From contig JBBDJY010000016.1 of assembly GCA_040879645.1 (NCBI GenBank), forward strand, positions 11,064 to 75,063: a stretch of 64,000 bases of DNA, given 5' to 3'. This DNA comes from Minisyncoccota bacterium (lineage in GTDB: Bacteria > Patescibacteriota > Minisyncoccia > Phycocordibacterales > XYD1-FULL-46-19). Positions 45,103 to 53,868 of the stretch are shown here, piece by piece. The translations under genes and the position numbers were made by a program. The notes beneath the pieces were generated by a model. It saw only the letters and a program-made list of their open reading frames with translations. It was not told the DNA's origin and did no database searches. How positions within the stretch are numbered: the stretch's first letter is position 1; each line of letters opens with the position of its first letter.

Positions 45103-47038
45103 TTTGTTTCTTTTTTCCGGTTGTTTTGTTGATGATTTTGTAGTCCAATTGCCGGCGGACCGGATCGGCTTCCGTTAATTTGAAAGTAACCTTATCACCC
45201 AAGCGGAAAGTTTGACCGGTCCGTTTGCCGACAATTTGATAATTTTTTTCGTCCAGTTCAAAATAGTCATCGCCGAGATTGCTCATTCGGGCCATACCGT
45301 CGGCTTTGGTTTCTGTTTCTTCAATAAATAAACCCCACTTGGTGACGCCGGAGATTATGCCGGTAAAGGTTTGACCGATTTTGCCGGCCATAAATTCTAC
45401 TTGCTTCAATTTGACCGATTCGCGTTCGGCTTCGGCGGCTTTAATTTCGCGGTCGGTCGATTGGATGATATCGCGGGCAACTTTGGCCATCTCGGCTTGT
45501 TTTGGCGTTTGGCCTTTCAGATAAGTATCAAGCAGACGGTGGACCAGGAGGTCGGGATAACGGCGAATCGGCGAAGTAAAGTGAGTGTAATAATCAAAAC
45601 CCAGGCCCCAGTGGCCGATATTGGTGGTGGAATAGATAGCTTTGGCCATGGCGCGAATGGCGGCGCGATGAATAATCGGGCCTTGGCTGGTTTCTTCCAC
45701 TTGGGCCAGAAGGCGATTAAGTTCTTTTTGGGAAATGTGTTCGTCGGTGATTTTAAGGTCAAAACCAAATGGTCGGAGAAAAGTTTTTAATTCGGCCAAT
45801 TTTTCCATATCCGGCAAATCGTGGATGCGGTAGATAAAAGTGTGGGGTGTTTGTTTGGTTTTTTGACTGACAAAGCGGGCGACTTGGCGATTGGCTAAGA
45901 GCATAAAATCTTCAATCAGTTTATGGGCATCGGTTCGCTCTCTAAGAGTGACGCCAATCGGTCGGCCGGTCTCGTCCAAGTCAAATTTAACCTCGGCATC
46001 TTCGAAAGTGATAGCTCCGGCTTCAATCTTTTTTTCGCGCAGACGATAGGCGAGTTTGTTTAAGGTGTTTAAGGCTTCGCTGTATTCACTTTGGTCGCCG
46101 TCCAATATCGCTTGAACATCTTCATAGGCAAAACGCTGGCTGGAGCGGATAATTGATCGGCCGAACCACTCTTGTTTAATTTCACCATCGGCGGTCATTT
46201 CAAAAACAGCCGAAAAAGCCAAACGGTCTTCGTCCGGCCGGAGACTGCAAATATCATTGGATAAAATTTCCGGTAGCATCGGTACTGTCCGGTCAACCAG
46301 ATAGACCGAAGTGCCGCGTAAGGCCGCTTCTTTGTCCAATTCACTGCCTGGCCGGACATAGTAAGAAACATCAGCAATATGAACACCGACTTCAAAGCGG
46401 TCGTCGCTTAATTTTTTGAAAGACAGGGCGTCGTCAAAATCTTTAGCGTCGTCTGGGTCAATGGTCATTGTCGGCAGGCCGCGAAAGTCTCGCCGACTTT
46501 TTGCTTCATTGGTCAAGGATTCGGCAAAACGGTCTTTGGCGGCTTCCGCTTCCGCCAGAACCGCCGGCAAAAAATCAGTTTCAAATCCGCGGTCCAAAAG
46601 GATTGATTGCATCTCGGTTTCATTGCCGCCACGTTTGCCGAGGTGCTTGATAATTTGGCCATTGGGTTTGCCGTCAGCCGGCCAGTCCTTAATTTCGACC
46701 ATCACTTTGTCGCCGCTCGTCAGGTCGGTGGCCTCGGCTGAAGGGATGGTGATGGTGGTGTACATTTTGCGGTCATCGGGATTAACAATGGTTGTTTGAC
46801 CGGTTTTTTCGATAATACCGGCAAAACGAGTTTTTGCTCGTTTAATGATCTTGGTAATTTTTCCCCGTTCACCGTCGGGTAAAGCCTTAACCAAGACCGT
46901 ATCACCGTGCAGGGCGGTATTTAAATCTTCGGGAAAGATATTCAAGGCTTGGCCGTTTTCGCAATTAACGGTGCCGTATTTGCCGTTAATCCGGACCAAA
47001 CCGGTGAGCTCGTTATCTTGATGTTGGGTTTTTTCCAT
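45092..47038 (-). CDS. rnr: Ribonuclease R (RNB-family exoribonuclease with S1 domain)
   Basis: RNB catalytic motifs (HIADVSYYV..DR) and C-terminal S1-like domain with a Lys-rich tail. Confidence 0.85.
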   Translation of the reverse strand: MEKTQHQDNELTGLVRINGKYGTVNCENGQALNIFPEDLNTALHGDTVLVKALPDGERGKITKIIKRAKTRFAGIIEKTGQTTIVNPDDRKMYTTITIPSAEATDLTSGDKVMVEIKDWPADGKPNGQIIKHLGKRGGNETEMQSILLDRGFETDFLPAVLAEAEAAKDRFAESLTNEAKSRRDFRGLPTMTIDPDDAKDFDDALSFKKLSDDRFEVGVHIADVSYYVRPGSELDKEAALRGTSVYLVDRTVPMLPEILSNDICSLRPDEDRLAFSAVFEMTADGEIKQEWFGRSIIRSSQRFAYEDVQAILDGDQSEYSEALNTLNKLAYRLREKKIEAGAITFEDAEVKFDLDETGRPIGVTLRERTDAHKLIEDFMLLANRQVARFVSQKTKQTPHTFIYRIHDLPDMEKLAELKTFLRPFGFDLKITDEHISQKELNRLLAQVEETSQGPIIHRAAIRAMAKAIYSTTNIGHWGLGFDYYTHFTSPIRRYPDLLVHRLLDTYLKGQTPKQAEMAKVARDIIQSTDREIKAAEAERESVKLKQVEFMAGKIGQTFTGIISGVTKWGLFIEETETKADGMARMSNLGDDYFELDEKNYQIVGKRTGQTFRLGDKVTFKLTEADPVRRQLDYKIINKTTGKKKQKAK

Positions 47039-47150
47039 GTTGGCCAGTATAGCATTACTTTGCTTTCTGCCAAATTAAACAGGCCTTTATCTAGCCTTGG
47101 TTCGGCTTCGGCGGTTGACGCTTGCCTTTTCGTTTGTTAGTATTCTTCGT

Positions 47151-47678
47151 ATGTTAAAAGTTAGATTACAGCGAGTCGGCCGGAAGAATGATCCTTCATT
47201 CCGGGTGGTGGTAACAGATTCTAAGAACGGCCCGAAAAGTGGTCGATTTATCGAAGTCCTTGGCGCTTACGATGCTCGTCGGAGCGAACCGCAATTGAAG
47301 TCTGACCGGATTAAATATTGGTTGTCGGTCGGTGCCCAGACTTCGGGTACGGTCCATAATCTTTTAATCAGTCAAGGGGTGATTAAGGGTGACAAAGTTA
47401 ATGTCTTGCCCAAGCGCCGACCGATTAAGAAAGCCGAGGATGAGGCCTCGGCAAACACGGCGGTTTCTACCGAAACTTCTGCCGATTCGGCGCCGGCCAA
47501 AGTGATAGCTGAAGATTCGGTCGCCAAAGAGCCGGCGGTGGCTCTCGCCGAAGAAGAGTCGGCGGAAAAAGAGGTTGTTCCTACTCCGGCCGAAAAGGCG
47601 GAAAAAACCGAAGATAAAAAAGAAGAGACTAAGCTGGAAGCTGATAAATTGATTGACAAAAAAGATGCCGGCCAATAG
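47151..47678 (+). CDS. rpsP: 30S ribosomal protein S16 with an approximately 90-aa Ala/Glu/Lys-rich C-terminal extension
   Basis: MLKVRLQRVGRKNDPSFRVVV S16 N-terminus; ORF from 47097. Confidence 0.85.
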   Translation: MLKVRLQRVGRKNDPSFRVVVTDSKNGPKSGRFIEVLGAYDARRSEPQLKSDRIKYWLSVGAQTSGTVHNLLISQGVIKGDKVNVLPKRRPIKKAEDEASANTAVSTETSADSAPAKVIAEDSVAKEPAVALAEEESAEKEVVPTPAEKAEKTEDKKEETKLEADKLIDKKDAGQ

Positions 47679-47749
47679 AATTTAAGGACAGTATATAGTG
47701 GTCGACACAATACTGTCTGATTGATTACAAAATTATCTTTTAAGTTAAA

Positions 47750-48088
47750 ATGGCAGAGAAACACCAAGACCAGGAATTTTTAGAGACAATTGTCAAAATG
47801 TTGGTTGATCATCCCCAAGACGTTGTTGTTGACCGCAAGGTTGATGAAATGGGCGTCTTGATGACTTTGGATGTCAATCCGGAAGATATGGGCAAGATTA
47901 TCGGCCGCCAAGGTAATACCGCCAAGGCGATCCGAACTTTATTACGAGTTGTCGGAATGAAGAATAATGCTCGAGTCAATTTGAAGATTAACGAACCGCC
48001 GGGAGGCTCACCGGTCAAGCGCGAAGAAAAAGAGACGATTTCAACTTCTCAATCGGTTGATCAGGCGATGAACGATTTGAAACTTTAA
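47750..48088 (+). CDS. KH-domain RNA-binding protein (UPF0109/YlqC-like)
   Basis: KH GxxG motif IIGRQGNTAKAIRTL; conserved position after rpsP. Confidence 0.8.
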   Translation: MAEKHQDQEFLETIVKMLVDHPQDVVVDRKVDEMGVLMTLDVNPEDMGKIIGRQGNTAKAIRTLLRVVGMKNNARVNLKINEPPGGSPVKREEKETISTSQSVDQAMNDLKL

Positions 48089-48097
48089 ACCAAAAAT

Positions 48098-48128
48098 AAA
48101 CAAAAAAGCCCCAGCCGGGGCTTTTTTG
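48098..48128 (+). terminator. Rho-independent terminator (aaaaaagccccagccggggcttttttg)
   Basis: Hairpin flanked by A- and T-runs. Confidence 0.65.
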
Positions 48129-48184
48129 TTTATCGGCCGTGTTTTTAATTAAAATTGGCAGGTCTATCTGTCCTACCTATCGGT

Positions 48185-48213
48185 GGGCCCATCCGACCGG
48201 GTCATCCGGGCGG
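48185..48213. repeat. GC-rich palindromic element copy E2 (gggcccatccgaccgggtcatccgggcgg), intergenic
   Basis: Shares the core CCGACCGGGTCATCCGGGCGG exactly with the gatB copy. Confidence 0.8.
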
Positions 48214-48264
48214 ATAGGGATTGGCGAATATTTGTTTTATTGCTATCTTAAAATTATTAAAGAT

Positions 48265-48909
48265 ATGACCACTTTTCACCTCATCAGTATTTTCCCCAAG
48301 AGCTTCACTTCCTACATTGAATGCTCGATCATCGCTCGGGCGATTAAGGCAAAAAAGATTGCCGTCAAATTTTATGATCCGCGAGATTATACCGCCGACA
48401 AGCATCGTTCGGTTGACGACCGACCTTATGGCGGGGGGCCGGGAATGGTGATGTCGGCCGAGCCGATTATTTTGGCGGCTCGGGCGGCTCGTTGGCGCCG
48501 ACCAAAAGCCAAAGTTTATTTACTGGCAACGACCGGCAAACAATTTACCAATCAATTAGCCGGTCGCTTGGCTAAGAAAAATGAAGATATCATCATTATT
48601 TGCGGCCGGTATGAAGGCATTGATGCTCGAGTGAAGAAAATTTTGCGGGCCGAATATTTAACTATCGGTCCCTATGTGTTGACCGGCGGCGAATTGCCGG
48701 CTTTGGTGGTGATTGATGCTATCGCTCGACAAATTCCCGGTGTCTTGGGTAAAACCGAATCGCTTGAAGAGAGTCGGCCGGCCGGGCGAGAAGTTTATAC
48801 TCGACCGGAAGTGATGGTGATTGACGGTAAAAATTATCGCGTACCGAAAGTGTTATTATCCGGCGATCACAAAAAAATCACCGACTGGCGACAAAAGCGC
48901 CATCGGTAA
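48265..48909 (+). CDS. trmD: tRNA (guanine37-N1)-methyltransferase
   Basis: MTTFHLISIFPKSF..YGGGPGMVM motifs; ORF from 48139. Confidence 0.9.
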   Translation: MTTFHLISIFPKSFTSYIECSIIARAIKAKKIAVKFYDPRDYTADKHRSVDDRPYGGGPGMVMSAEPIILAARAARWRRPKAKVYLLATTGKQFTNQLAGRLAKKNEDIIIICGRYEGIDARVKKILRAEYLTIGPYVLTGGELPALVVIDAIARQIPGVLGKTESLEESRPAGREVYTRPEVMVIDGKNYRVPKVLLSGDHKKITDWRQKRHR

Positions 48910-48916
48910 AACCACA

Positions 48917-48964
48917 GGCTTTTTGTTTGTTCGATTAAGGCCGGAATTTTGTCAAGGTGTCACC
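48917..48964. promoter_or_regulatory. Conserved intergenic module copy 1 (GGCTTTTTGTTTGT..GGAATTTTGTCAAGGTGTCACC; half palindrome)
   Basis: About 80% identical to the modules at 52513-52560 and 54550-54603. Confidence 0.6.
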
Positions 48965-49107
48965 GCTGATAGCCAACGCGCCGATGCGTTTTGGCGCGCG
49001 GACGGAAGTCTTCGGCCTAATTCATGCCAGCAGGGATATTCACCGGCGCGATTTTCTAGATAATTATCTCTTGGCGCGAAATTTAAGTAATGGTATTATA
49101 AATAATA

Positions 49108-51726
49108 ATGAAAAAAATAAATCAGTCTTATCTCGTAGGGTTTGGTAAATCTAATTTTGCCTTCACCCTAATTGAGACGCTCTTGGTCATCTCCATCATT
49201 ACTCTCTTATCCAGTTTGATCTTGCCTAACCTGAACCTTGTCCGAAACAAAGCTCTGGTGACGGTGGCGAAAGAAAATCTCCGTCAATTGGAAAATTCTC
49301 TGGCGTTGTTTGAGTTTGATCACGGTTATTATCCCGGTCAGCCCGGCCGAACCGAGAGTAATCAAGATGTTGGTGGTTGGAGTCCTGCCCCAGGGGGACT
49401 CCAAGCCAGTCTGGTGCCCAAGTATATTTCTAAATTACCCGATAATCCGCAGATCACCTATTCTTATAAGCTCGAATCTTGCCCAGGTAATCAAAATCAA
49501 AATCAGGGTTGTAGCTTTAGTTTATCTGCTTATTTAGGTAGTGGAAACAATCATAGAAATAATGAAGAAATCGATGATAAGATAGGCGGGGTTGTTGTTT
49601 CCAACGAAGATCGACGGCCAGATCTCGGTAAATTTGATATCCCTTCAATCGAAGAAGAAGTTAAAGACGAAGTAATCAAGATCGCCAAGGAAAACGAAGA
49701 ATGTTTTGATGGATTAGATAACAATGAGGATGGCAAAATCGACTTTGATGATTTTGGTTGTTTTGGTCCCAATGGTCAAGAGACTGATGCGGATTATGGC
49801 TGGACAACCTTTATCCCTCATCCGACAACCAGAATTGTTTATGTTAGCTCAAGCGAGGGAAATGACTCTAATAACGGTTTAAGTCCGTCAAAGCCGGTGA
49901 AAACGATTTCGAAGGGTCTTTCGTTGATACGGAATAATCACCCCGACTGGTTGCTTTTACGACGGGGCGATACTTGGGGGAATGCCGATTTTATAGACAG
50001 AAATGGTCTGTCTGAAGAGCATATGATAGTCGTTAGTTCTTATGGTGAGAATACGGAACGACCTAAACTTGTTTTTAGTACTAATAAGGGGTTACGTCTT
50101 TGGGGAGTAAAAAATTTTGCTCTGGTTGGATTGGAGATCTATCCTCAAAAACGTGATCCGAATTCTCCCAAGTTCCTCTCGTCGACTAGTGTTAGCGGGG
50201 GGATATCTATTCTCTTTAAAAATGAGAACGTTTTACTGGAAGATAATCATCTCCGTTATGGTGGCTTAAACATTCAAGATTACGGGGGAGGTTGGGAGAA
50301 TGTCAAAGTCAGACGCAATGTAATCGCTTATTCTTATAGTACTGATAGCCATGCGCAAGGCATTTTTACCAAAGGTAAAGGGAAGTTGTTGATCGAAGAG
50401 AATGTCCTGCATCATAATGGTTGGAACGATGATTTTCGGTTTGAAGTTATTCCCGGCAACAGTGACCCGGCGGCTTGGGCGTCTATCACTGATGGTCATT
50501 TCCAGATTAATCTGGCGACATCCCGTATCACTACTAGCCCTTTTAAAATTTCGGGCGTCAATTTCACTGGCGATACCACGATGTTTGATGTTGCCCAAAC
50601 TATAGAAGACGCAATTAATGTTGCGGTGGGTAAACCTGGGGCAGTAACTTTTGATTGGACTGGCGCGGTCTTTGTTTTGAAAAGCGACACTTTTGTTTCT
50701 AGCGACAAATACTCTCTAGCGACTTTATCTGGCGGTGAAGGGACAAATATCTCTCTTGATACGTGGCTTAATCGGTCGTCTTTACGTAAGCCGGAATCTA
50801 CTATTTTCAATCGTAATATGTATTTAAGTTACGGCTATGGCAACACTACACTGCGGGGAAATATTGATTCCAAAGGCGCTTCTGGGGGCGTTCAATTGCG
50901 AATGGGTGGTCTGATCGAAGACAATTTGTTTTTACGTAATCCCATCTCTATTACTGTTGGTCACAAGCAAAATCCGGCTAAGTCAACCATCGGTGGAATG
51001 ATTAGAAGGAATGTTATTTTGGGGGCTAGAGATATTGATACTCAAGCTCAAGGCGGAGGTATTTCGGCTGAATCAACGAACACTAAATCTTATGGTCACA
51101 ATTATTTTGACGGTATTTATATTTACGATAATATTATTGCTCACAACGAATTAGGTACTGGTAATAGTAAGGCCATTAGTTTAGGAGCTGCTTCTGGTTC
51201 TAAAAACGCTCATATTTATAATAATGTTGTCTATAATTGGCGCAATAACACCGGTAGTGCCACTGACCATCGTGGTTCTGGTCTAGATTTATATGTGCCG
51301 AGTGATTTTACTGGAGGGTCTGTCTACAGTAATTGGATTATTCAGCCAAACAAAGGCTTTGTGATTTCTACTAGTGAGAGTAGTGCCCGTAAGTTTAACT
51401 TTTACGATAATGCCTATTTTAGTACCAGTGGGCATCCTGGAACCTGGAGCAGTACTTGGTTTCGGTTTGGTGGGTCGACAATTGTCCCTTTTACCGACTG
51501 GGTTAATATCACTGGCGACACTAGCACCAAACTTACAGCTGTTCCTAATTTCCGTGACCCCAAGCGAGATATTGATACTTATGCCGGCTCTTTGGGATTT
51601 GCGCCAACCTACGAGGCCTTTATGGAGGAGGCAATGAAACAGTCTCGCTTCAATTGGCGACCAGAATTGACCGCTTATGCGGTTAATGAATATATCAGGG
51701 AAGGTTTTGAAATTGTTAATCAATGA
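49108..51726 (+). CDS. Giant secreted protein: N-terminal prepilin-like hydrophobic segment (FTLIETLLVISIITLL) fused to an approximately 800-aa predicted right-handed beta-helix domain
   Basis: Type IV pilin-like N-terminal motif; repeated N/D/G-rich beta-helix-like segments (NNVVYNWRNN, DNIIAHNELG). Confidence 0.6.
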   Translation: MKKINQSYLVGFGKSNFAFTLIETLLVISIITLLSSLILPNLNLVRNKALVTVAKENLRQLENSLALFEFDHGYYPGQPGRTESNQDVGGWSPAPGGLQASLVPKYISKLPDNPQITYSYKLESCPGNQNQNQGCSFSLSAYLGSGNNHRNNEEIDDKIGGVVVSNEDRRPDLGKFDIPSIEEEVKDEVIKIAKENEECFDGLDNNEDGKIDFDDFGCFGPNGQETDADYGWTTFIPHPTTRIVYVSSSEGNDSNNGLSPSKPVKTISKGLSLIRNNHPDWLLLRRGDTWGNADFIDRNGLSEEHMIVVSSYGENTERPKLVFSTNKGLRLWGVKNFALVGLEIYPQKRDPNSPKFLSSTSVSGGISILFKNENVLLEDNHLRYGGLNIQDYGGGWENVKVRRNVIAYSYSTDSHAQGIFTKGKGKLLIEENVLHHNGWNDDFRFEVIPGNSDPAAWASITDGHFQINLATSRITTSPFKISGVNFTGDTTMFDVAQTIEDAINVAVGKPGAVTFDWTGAVFVLKSDTFVSSDKYSLATLSGGEGTNISLDTWLNRSSLRKPESTIFNRNMYLSYGYGNTTLRGNIDSKGASGGVQLRMGGLIEDNLFLRNPISITVGHKQNPAKSTIGGMIRRNVILGARDIDTQAQGGGISAESTNTKSYGHNYFDGIYIYDNIIAHNELGTGNSKAISLGAASGSKNAHIYNNVVYNWRNNTGSATDHRGSGLDLYVPSDFTGGSVYSNWIIQPNKGFVISTSESSARKFNFYDNAYFSTSGHPGTWSSTWFRFGGSTIVPFTDWVNITGDTSTKLTAVPNFRDPKRDIDTYAGSLGFAPTYEAFMEEAMKQSRFNWRPELTAYAVNEYIREGFEIVNQ

Positions 51727-51830
51727 CCACTAAATTAATTATCGGGAACTGGAAGATGAATCCGGCGACCCTGAAGGAGGCCAAGGCGATTCTGGCCAAC
51801 ATCAAGAAGGAGAAGAGAAATGAAAATGTT
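51723..51830 (+). pseudogene. tpiA: 5' remnant of a triose-phosphate isomerase gene (MTTKLIIGNWKMNPATLKEAKAILANIKKEK...), truncated after about 30 codons
   Basis: Highly characteristic TIM N-terminus IIGNWKMN; reading frame diverges into non-TIM sequence and stops; ATG overlaps the upstream stop (ATGA). Confidence 0.5.
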
Positions 51831-52455
51831 AGTGACCCTGGTCTTGGTGTCGATGTTCGTGTTCGGTGGTGCTTTTGCCGACTTCTTGGTCAATAGTCAG
51901 GGGGAAGTGAAGGAGAATGAAGGATGGCGTCCGTTGACCGAGTTCGAGCAGGAGGCGGTCAACAACCCCGGTACGGAAGTGCCGATCATCGACAGTCAGG
52001 TCAAACTCGACTATCGTCGCGATGGTTTCTGGCATCTGTTTCCCATCCGCGCTTACGAGCAGGTCGTGGTTTACGGTGGTGGCTAATTACAAACCAAAGA
52101 TCAAGCCGGAGAGGTGGTGGGGGAACGGCAGATTGCTTGTCATATCATCTTGGGCTTGATTGCTATCGGTCTGATGATGGTGGGTAATCTTTTGTATTTT
52201 AAGTATGGGGGAGACGAGAAAGCCTACGTCTTTACCGTGCCCGCCTTCCTTTTCGCCATCTTTGCTGCCGCCTTTGCCACTATCTTTATCGTTTTCAAGG
52301 CTGGAGATCTTGCTAATTTCCTTGCTATGGTTTTTGCCTTTGCTCTCGCCCTCGCCCTCTGCAATCTGACGGTCAATTTTAAAAACCGAATACTCTATTA
52401 TGGTCTTTCGGTGACCTTCTACGTCCTGATGGGAGTTGCCTTGTTTACTTGGTAG
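51820..52455 (+). pseudogene. Secreted-domain plus 4-TM membrane protein interrupted by a single in-frame TAA (52084-52086); paralog of the intact gene at 53869-54501
   Basis: ORFs 51820..52086 and 52114..52455 are in the same frame; alignment with the paralog continues across the stop (GGG*LQTKDQ vs AGRLQIRYQ). Confidence 0.7.
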
Positions 52456-52486
52456 TTTGGCTCTGATGACATCGAAAGCTTTTTGG

Positions 52487-52560
52487 CCCGTGATTTCCGC
52501 AAGGAAATCACGGGCTTTTTGTTTGTCCGGTTAAGGTTGGAATTTGTCAAGGTGTCACCA
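52487..52560. promoter_or_regulatory. Conserved intergenic module copy 2: terminator hairpin (cccgtgatttcc..ggaaatcacggg) + GGCTTTTTGTTTGT.. + half palindrome TTGTCAAGGTGTCACC
   Basis: Direct reading. Confidence 0.6.
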
Positions 52561-52642
52561 CTGACGGCCAAAGTCGTTTAAATAGAGTAAATTTTACAAA
52601 ATAATTTGCTAAATCTTACAAATCAGCTATAATGGTCATATT

Positions 52643-53359
52643 ATGGCTACTTCCAAGTCGTTGCGGGAAAAAAGAAAAAAGATGGGCTTGTCACAAACAG
52701 AGTTGGCCGGTCTTTTAGGGGTGTCTCGACCAACGCTCGCCAAAATAGAAAAAAACGAAAGACCGTTAAATAAAGTTGAGACAGAAAAACTCAAAGACAT
52801 TTTTGAGTCGTTTGAGCTTGATCATCAGACACAAGGCGACATAAGAATCAATATCCCGGCCGGAAATATCAATAAGTTTAAACAAGTTTTATTATATATT
52901 TTGGAAAAAGTCGGTGCCAAACCGAATGTGGGCATGACGGTAGTGTACAAACTTCTGTATTTTATTGACTTTAACTACTACGAGAAATATGAGACCCAGT
53001 TAATGGGGCTTACTTATTTTAAAAATACTCATGGACCGACACCGCGCGAATTCAAAAAAGTGGTTGACGAAATGAAAAAATCAGGTGAATTGGTGGAGGT
53101 GGGGTCAAAATCCTTTGCTTATGATCAGAAAAAATTTTTACCTCGGCTTAAGTCCGATTTATCAGTTATTTCCGGTCAAGAGCTTGAAGTTATTGATAAT
53201 GTCTTAGACAAATATGCCGATCGGACAGCTAAACAGTTATCTCTTATGACTCATCGTGATATGCCTTGGAAGGCCACCAAACATGGCGAGAACCTTGATT
53301 ATGAACTGGCTTTTTATCGGCCGGATGAATTCTCTGTTCGGGAATATGAAGAATTGTAA
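52643..53359 (+). CDS. HTH (XRE-family) plus Panacea/DUF4065-like antitoxin (PanA/SocA-like)
   Basis: N-terminal HTH LSQTELAGLLGVSRPTLAKIEKN; C-terminal KLLYFIDFNYY..G.TYFKNTHGP Panacea-like pattern. Confidence 0.65.
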   Translation: MATSKSLREKRKKMGLSQTELAGLLGVSRPTLAKIEKNERPLNKVETEKLKDIFESFELDHQTQGDIRINIPAGNINKFKQVLLYILEKVGAKPNVGMTVVYKLLYFIDFNYYEKYETQLMGLTYFKNTHGPTPREFKKVVDEMKKSGELVEVGSKSFAYDQKKFLPRLKSDLSVISGQELEVIDNVLDKYADRTAKQLSLMTHRDMPWKATKHGENLDYELAFYRPDEFSVREYEEL

Positions 53360-53362
53360 TTA

Positions 53363-53713
53363 ATGGCCGATATGATTATTACTGAAAGTGAGGAGTTTTG
53401 CCGAGATTTCAAAAAACTCCTTAAAAAATACCGAACTCTCAAGGGTGATTTTGAGGTGGCTAAGAAAGCTATTAGTGCCGAGCCGACCGGTGATGGTAGT
53501 AAACATTGGCATATCATCAAACAGAAAGACGAGGCCTATATTTTGAAAATTCGAATGATGTGTCGAGCGGTTAAGGGGGCGTCTTTCCGCCTGGTGTACT
53601 TTTATGATGGCAAGACGGTCGAAGTTATATTTATTGAAATATTTTTTAAGGGCCGGAAAAGTCTACCTAATCAAAAGAGGATTAAGCGGATGGTTAAAAA
53701 ACTAATGGGTTGA
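53363..53713 (+). CDS. Putative toxin partner (116 aa; RelE/ParE-like fold suspected)
   Basis: 4-nt gap after the antitoxin; C-terminal pattern FRLVYFYDGKTVEVIFIEIFFKGRK resembles the RelE/ParE core. Confidence 0.5.
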   Translation: MADMIITESEEFCRDFKKLLKKYRTLKGDFEVAKKAISAEPTGDGSKHWHIIKQKDEAYILKIRMMCRAVKGASFRLVYFYDGKTVEVIFIEIFFKGRKSLPNQKRIKRMVKKLMG

Positions 53714-53868
53714 ATTTTAGATAGGAAAGTGTCAGATAAGGTGGACGAGTCCGAACCATTGACATAATCATATTATATAGATATAGTCCAAAAAGGTATT
53801 TTAAATTGCACTTTGTCACAAAGTCACAGATAAACCCTTTTCAAAGGGACAACTGAAGGAGAAGAAAG

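Noticed and set aside
52087-52113. Treating 51820..52086 and 52114..52455 as two independent genes
   Set aside because: They are in the same frame, separated by a single TAA, and the paralog at 53869..54501 aligns continuously across the junction. One interrupted gene is more parsimonious.
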